From: Chloroflexota bacterium
GTDB taxonomy: Bacteria > Chloroflexota > Dehalococcoidia > GIF9 > UBA5629
Direction: 5' to 3'
Length of the DNA stretch: 49,120 nucleotides
NCBI GenBank assembly: GCA_016865895.1
Contig: VGNY01000003.1
Coordinates: forward strand, 1-49,120
Within the stretch, counting starts at the first letter, position 1, and each line of letters begins with the position of its first letter. Positions 46,229 to 49,120 of the stretch are shown piece by piece. The position numbers were made by a program, and so were the translations under genes. The notes beneath the pieces are model-generated. The model was not told where the DNA came from. It ran no database searches and was given only the letters and a program-made list of their open reading frames with translations.

Positions 46229-47905
46229 GTGTCTAAAATTCTGGAATTCTGGTACCAGGGGAGGCACGAGGAGCTGTGGCAGATGTGCTGTGGCTTTATA
46301 GACTTAAGCCTGGAGCAGTTTATGGCTATCCAGAAACGGTTGTTATTGGAGCAGCTCAGACTGCTTAAGAATTGCGAATTAGGCAAGAAGTTGATGCGTG
46401 GTGCCATGCCCGAAACTGTGGATGAGTTCCGGGAGCTGGTACCACTGACTACATACGCTGACTATTGCCCTGAATTGATAGAGTACAGAGAAGACGTATT
46501 ACCAACAAAACCTTTGTTGTGGCAGCATTCTGCAGGCAGGTCGTCTGAGTATGGATTTAAGTTGACTCCGTATAAATGGGTGCCCCTCACTACTAGATTC
46601 TGTCATGAGCTTGGAGTGCTGATGTTTGGTGCCGCGATTTTTGCCAGTTGCAAGACAAGAGGTGACCTCTCAGGACTTAGAGACCATGCTAAGGTTGTCT
46701 ACACCGTAGCTCCCAGACCTTACACCTCAGGTGTCCTAACTTACATTATGAGGGAACAAACCAATTCAGACTTTCTACCGCCCCTTGAGGAAGCGGAAAA
46801 GATGCCTTTCGAGGAAAGAATTGAACTTGGCTTTAGACAGGCTCTTTCTCAGGGGATTGATTTCTTCTTTGGTATGCCTATCGTTCTTGTCGGCGTTGGT
46901 GAAAGGCTTAGCCAGCGGTCAAATAAAGCAGACATTCGTCCCTTATTGTCCGAGCCAAGGGCATTGTTCCGCCTAGCTAAAGGATTGGTTAAGAGCAAGC
47001 TGGCTCGCCGTCCCATGCTGCCCAGGGACCTGTGGTCAATCAAGGGAATTATGTGTGGTGGTACTGATGGCGTTGTCCTCAAAGAGCGGATAAAGAATTT
47101 ATGGGGCAGATATCCCTTGGACACCTACACTTGTAGTGAAGCTGGCATTATAGCTACTCAGACCTGGGACTATAATAGTATGACCTTCATTCCCAATCTT
47201 AATTTCCTCGAGTTCATTCCGGAGGCGGAGTATACAAAGTGGGAGTTGGACAATTCCTACCAGCCGAAGACAGTGCTGCTTAGTGAGGTGAAAGCCGGTG
47301 AAAACTATGAGGTAGTCATCACCAACTTTCATGGTGGAGCTATGGTCAGGTACAGAATGAAAGATGTAATTAAGATAACTTCTCTGAAAAATGAAAGGCT
47401 CGGCATCGATATCCCGCAAATGACCTTTGAAGGCCGACTTGATGATATTATCGATATTGGTGGCATGATCCGTTTGACAGAAAGGGCAATCTGGCAGGCA
47501 ATAGAAACTACTAATATTCCTTACGCGGACTGGACAGCGCGTAAGGAGGTTGTTGATGGAAGGCCAGTACTTCACCTCTATATAGAGCTTAAAGACAACT
47601 ATATTGCCAGTGAGAAGGGTGTAGCTACAGCAGTACTCCAGCAGCTTAGAAAGTTTGATGAAGGCACTTTCTACGGCAGCTTGGCACGTATCGCAGACCC
47701 GAATCCGCTCAAGGTTACCTTGCTGTCTTGCGGTGCTTTCACTGATTACATAGCTCAGCGGCGGGCTGAAGGCGCTGATTTAGCTCATCTAAAGCCTCGT
47801 CACATCAATCCCTCAGAGAGGGAGCTTTCATTGTTAGGGGAGAAGATGAAAGTTGTGCCTGTAGAGGCGGCTGTGACTGAGACTGAAGTTGCGGCCAGGC
47901 AATAG
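46229..47905 (+). CDS. GH3 family (acyl-acid amido synthetase-like) protein
   Basis: FRELVPLTTYADY, YTCSEAG, FLEFIP, YEVVITNFHGG and RYRMKD; SD GAGGAGG with a GTG start. Confidence 0.88.
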   Translation: MSKILEFWYQGRHEELWQMCCGFIDLSLEQFMAIQKRLLLEQLRLLKNCELGKKLMRGAMPETVDEFRELVPLTTYADYCPELIEYREDVLPTKPLLWQHSAGRSSEYGFKLTPYKWVPLTTRFCHELGVLMFGAAIFASCKTRGDLSGLRDHAKVVYTVAPRPYTSGVLTYIMREQTNSDFLPPLEEAEKMPFEERIELGFRQALSQGIDFFFGMPIVLVGVGERLSQRSNKADIRPLLSEPRALFRLAKGLVKSKLARRPMLPRDLWSIKGIMCGGTDGVVLKERIKNLWGRYPLDTYTCSEAGIIATQTWDYNSMTFIPNLNFLEFIPEAEYTKWELDNSYQPKTVLLSEVKAGENYEVVITNFHGGAMVRYRMKDVIKITSLKNERLGIDIPQMTFEGRLDDIIDIGGMIRLTERAIWQAIETTNIPYADWTARKEVVDGRPVLHLYIELKDNYIASEKGVATAVLQQLRKFDEGTFYGSLARIADPNPLKVTLLSCGAFTDYIAQRRAEGADLAHLKPRHINPSERELSLLGEKMKVVPVEAAVTETEVAARQ

Positions 47906-47987
47906 CACCAGAGTGCAGCCCAAAAATGTTTGCTCTGCTATTTTGGATAAATAACTTGATAACTGAAAAGCAAAGGGGAGGAAATTA

Positions 47988-48806
47988 ATGGCAAAATCAC
48001 AAGTCATCGAGAGAGAAGAAATTAACCTCAGGATAGAGGATTCAGTTTCTGAAGAATTGAGGTTCTGGCAGGAGTTTAACCAATTTACCCGCAGCAAACT
48101 CGGTCGTCCGTATCTTGAAGGTAAACTTTATGAGGAGTTAAAAAGGGGGATTATAGAGTTTTTGGGCTCGCCGGAAGGATGCTGGCTCGATGCCGGGTGT
48201 GGGAACCTACCGGCATCTAAATGGATTTTGGAAAAGGCACAGGGAAATGTACAAATTTGGGCTGGTGATATTGACGTCAATGGAGCTAATGAGGAAATTA
48301 GACAAATCAAAGACGCCCGTCTGATTACAATCGTGAATACAGACCTCACAGAAGAATGGCCATTCCCAAACGATTTCTTCGACGGTATCGTTGGAAACCA
48401 TGTTTTTACCTTTTTGACCAGAGCCCAAAAAACGGCAGAGAAAGCGAATGGAGTATTGAAAGAAGCTCTCCAAGAGGCCTACAGGGTTTTAAAACCGGGA
48501 GGAATACTAATCTGGACTATGCCCAACAAAAACGCCAGTACGTTGCGTGGATTGTTACACGTCCTGAAGTATTTGTTAGACCCTTCCCGCTGGCGAAAAT
48601 ATGGGCACTCTCTCCTCTTGACTTACTTGAAGACAATGAGATATACCCGGAAAATCGAACGGAAAAATAAAAAGGGGATTTATACACTTTTAGAAAAAGA
48701 GGAATGCGAGCGAATACTTCGCTCGATAGGTTTTACAGATTTGGAATGGAAGGATGTCTTTGCCAAACAATCTTGGCTAAGCAGAGCTAAGAAACCAGCT
48801 TGTTAA
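47988..48806 (+). CDS. Class I SAM-dependent methyltransferase
   Basis: WLDAGCG, WPFPNDFFD and EAYRVLKPGG. Confidence 0.9.
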   Translation: MAKSQVIEREEINLRIEDSVSEELRFWQEFNQFTRSKLGRPYLEGKLYEELKRGIIEFLGSPEGCWLDAGCGNLPASKWILEKAQGNVQIWAGDIDVNGANEEIRQIKDARLITIVNTDLTEEWPFPNDFFDGIVGNHVFTFLTRAQKTAEKANGVLKEALQEAYRVLKPGGILIWTMPNKNASTLRGLLHVLKYLLDPSRWRKYGHSLLLTYLKTMRYTRKIERKNKKGIYTLLEKEECERILRSIGFTDLEWKDVFAKQSWLSRAKKPAC

Positions 48807-48858
48807 GAGTGTGTTTATCAATAATTCATTCCTAATGTAGCTCAGTCTCTCCGAAAAT

Positions 48859-48910
48859 GTAGTCCCGACCCTTTAGAGTCGGGTTCCCGAGGCTGAAGCC
48901 TCGGGGCTAC
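48859..48910. repeat. GTAG-type REP doublet
   Basis: GTAGTCCCGACCCTTTAGAGTCGGG-TT-CCCGAGGCTGAAGCCTCGGGGCTAC. Confidence 0.85.
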
Positions 48911-49073
48911 ATGTTTAATGTGCATCACCAATGTAGCTACAACTTTTCCCACAAAGTGGGAGAGCAAATAGTCAGTTAGAATTTTCGGACAGCCTCTTTT
49001 TACACCCCACACCAAATCTAATATTTCTATATGCTTGTTGTGATATCCCACCAACGTACGTATTTTTTAACAT

Positions 49074-49120
49074 GTAGTGCGACCCTTCAGGGTCGCCTTT
49101 CCATAGGAGGCTTCAGCCTC
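49074..49120. repeat. GTAG-type REP doublet, cut by the window end
   Basis: GTAGTGCGACCCTTCAGGGTCGC...GAGGCTTCAGCCTC. Confidence 0.8.

Noticed and set aside
999-48670. Numerous short ORFs overlapping annotated genes on the opposite strand or in other frames
   Set aside because: They are explained as shadows of well-supported genes, with no motifs or independent start signals.
48842-49054. 70-aa minus-strand ORF
   Set aside because: It runs through a REP doublet and has no recognisable protein features.

Overview
A 49 kb bacterial chromosomal segment. Gene content and intergenic repeat types suggest Chloroflexota/Dehalococcoidia, which is an inference. The backbone is housekeeping: partial nth-like glycosylase, prs, secA, polX, valS, coaBC, coaX, nnr, yhhQ, corA, a LacD-type aldolase/pyk/PfkB operon and rtcA. 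It also has two Liv-type ABC operons, one with a long-chain acyl-CoA ligase and two PaaK-like ligases and one with a frameshifted permease, plus a wHTH/GH3/methyltransferase locus. The most striking structure is accessory material added at the 3' ends of essential genes. (i) An exact 58-bp duplication of the secA SEC-C tail, plus a degenerate promoter, brackets a vapBC pair and heads a ~3.9 kb toxin-antitoxin/defence islet. The islet holds orphan antitoxins, an EVE/PUA-like PD-(D/E)xK nuclease, a Zn-ribbon gene, a truncated DNA methyltransferase and relBE. (ii) A cupin gene after valS is bracketed by inverted heptamer-periodic repeats. (iii) CoaBC carries a ~100-aa C-terminal extension resembling a B3/BfiI-type DNA-binding barrel, followed by a hicB cut by a REP doublet. 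At least three families of short palindromic intergenic repeats and a remnant of a class III nucleotidyl cyclase are also visible. No rRNA, tRNA, CRISPR array, integrase or transposase was recognised.
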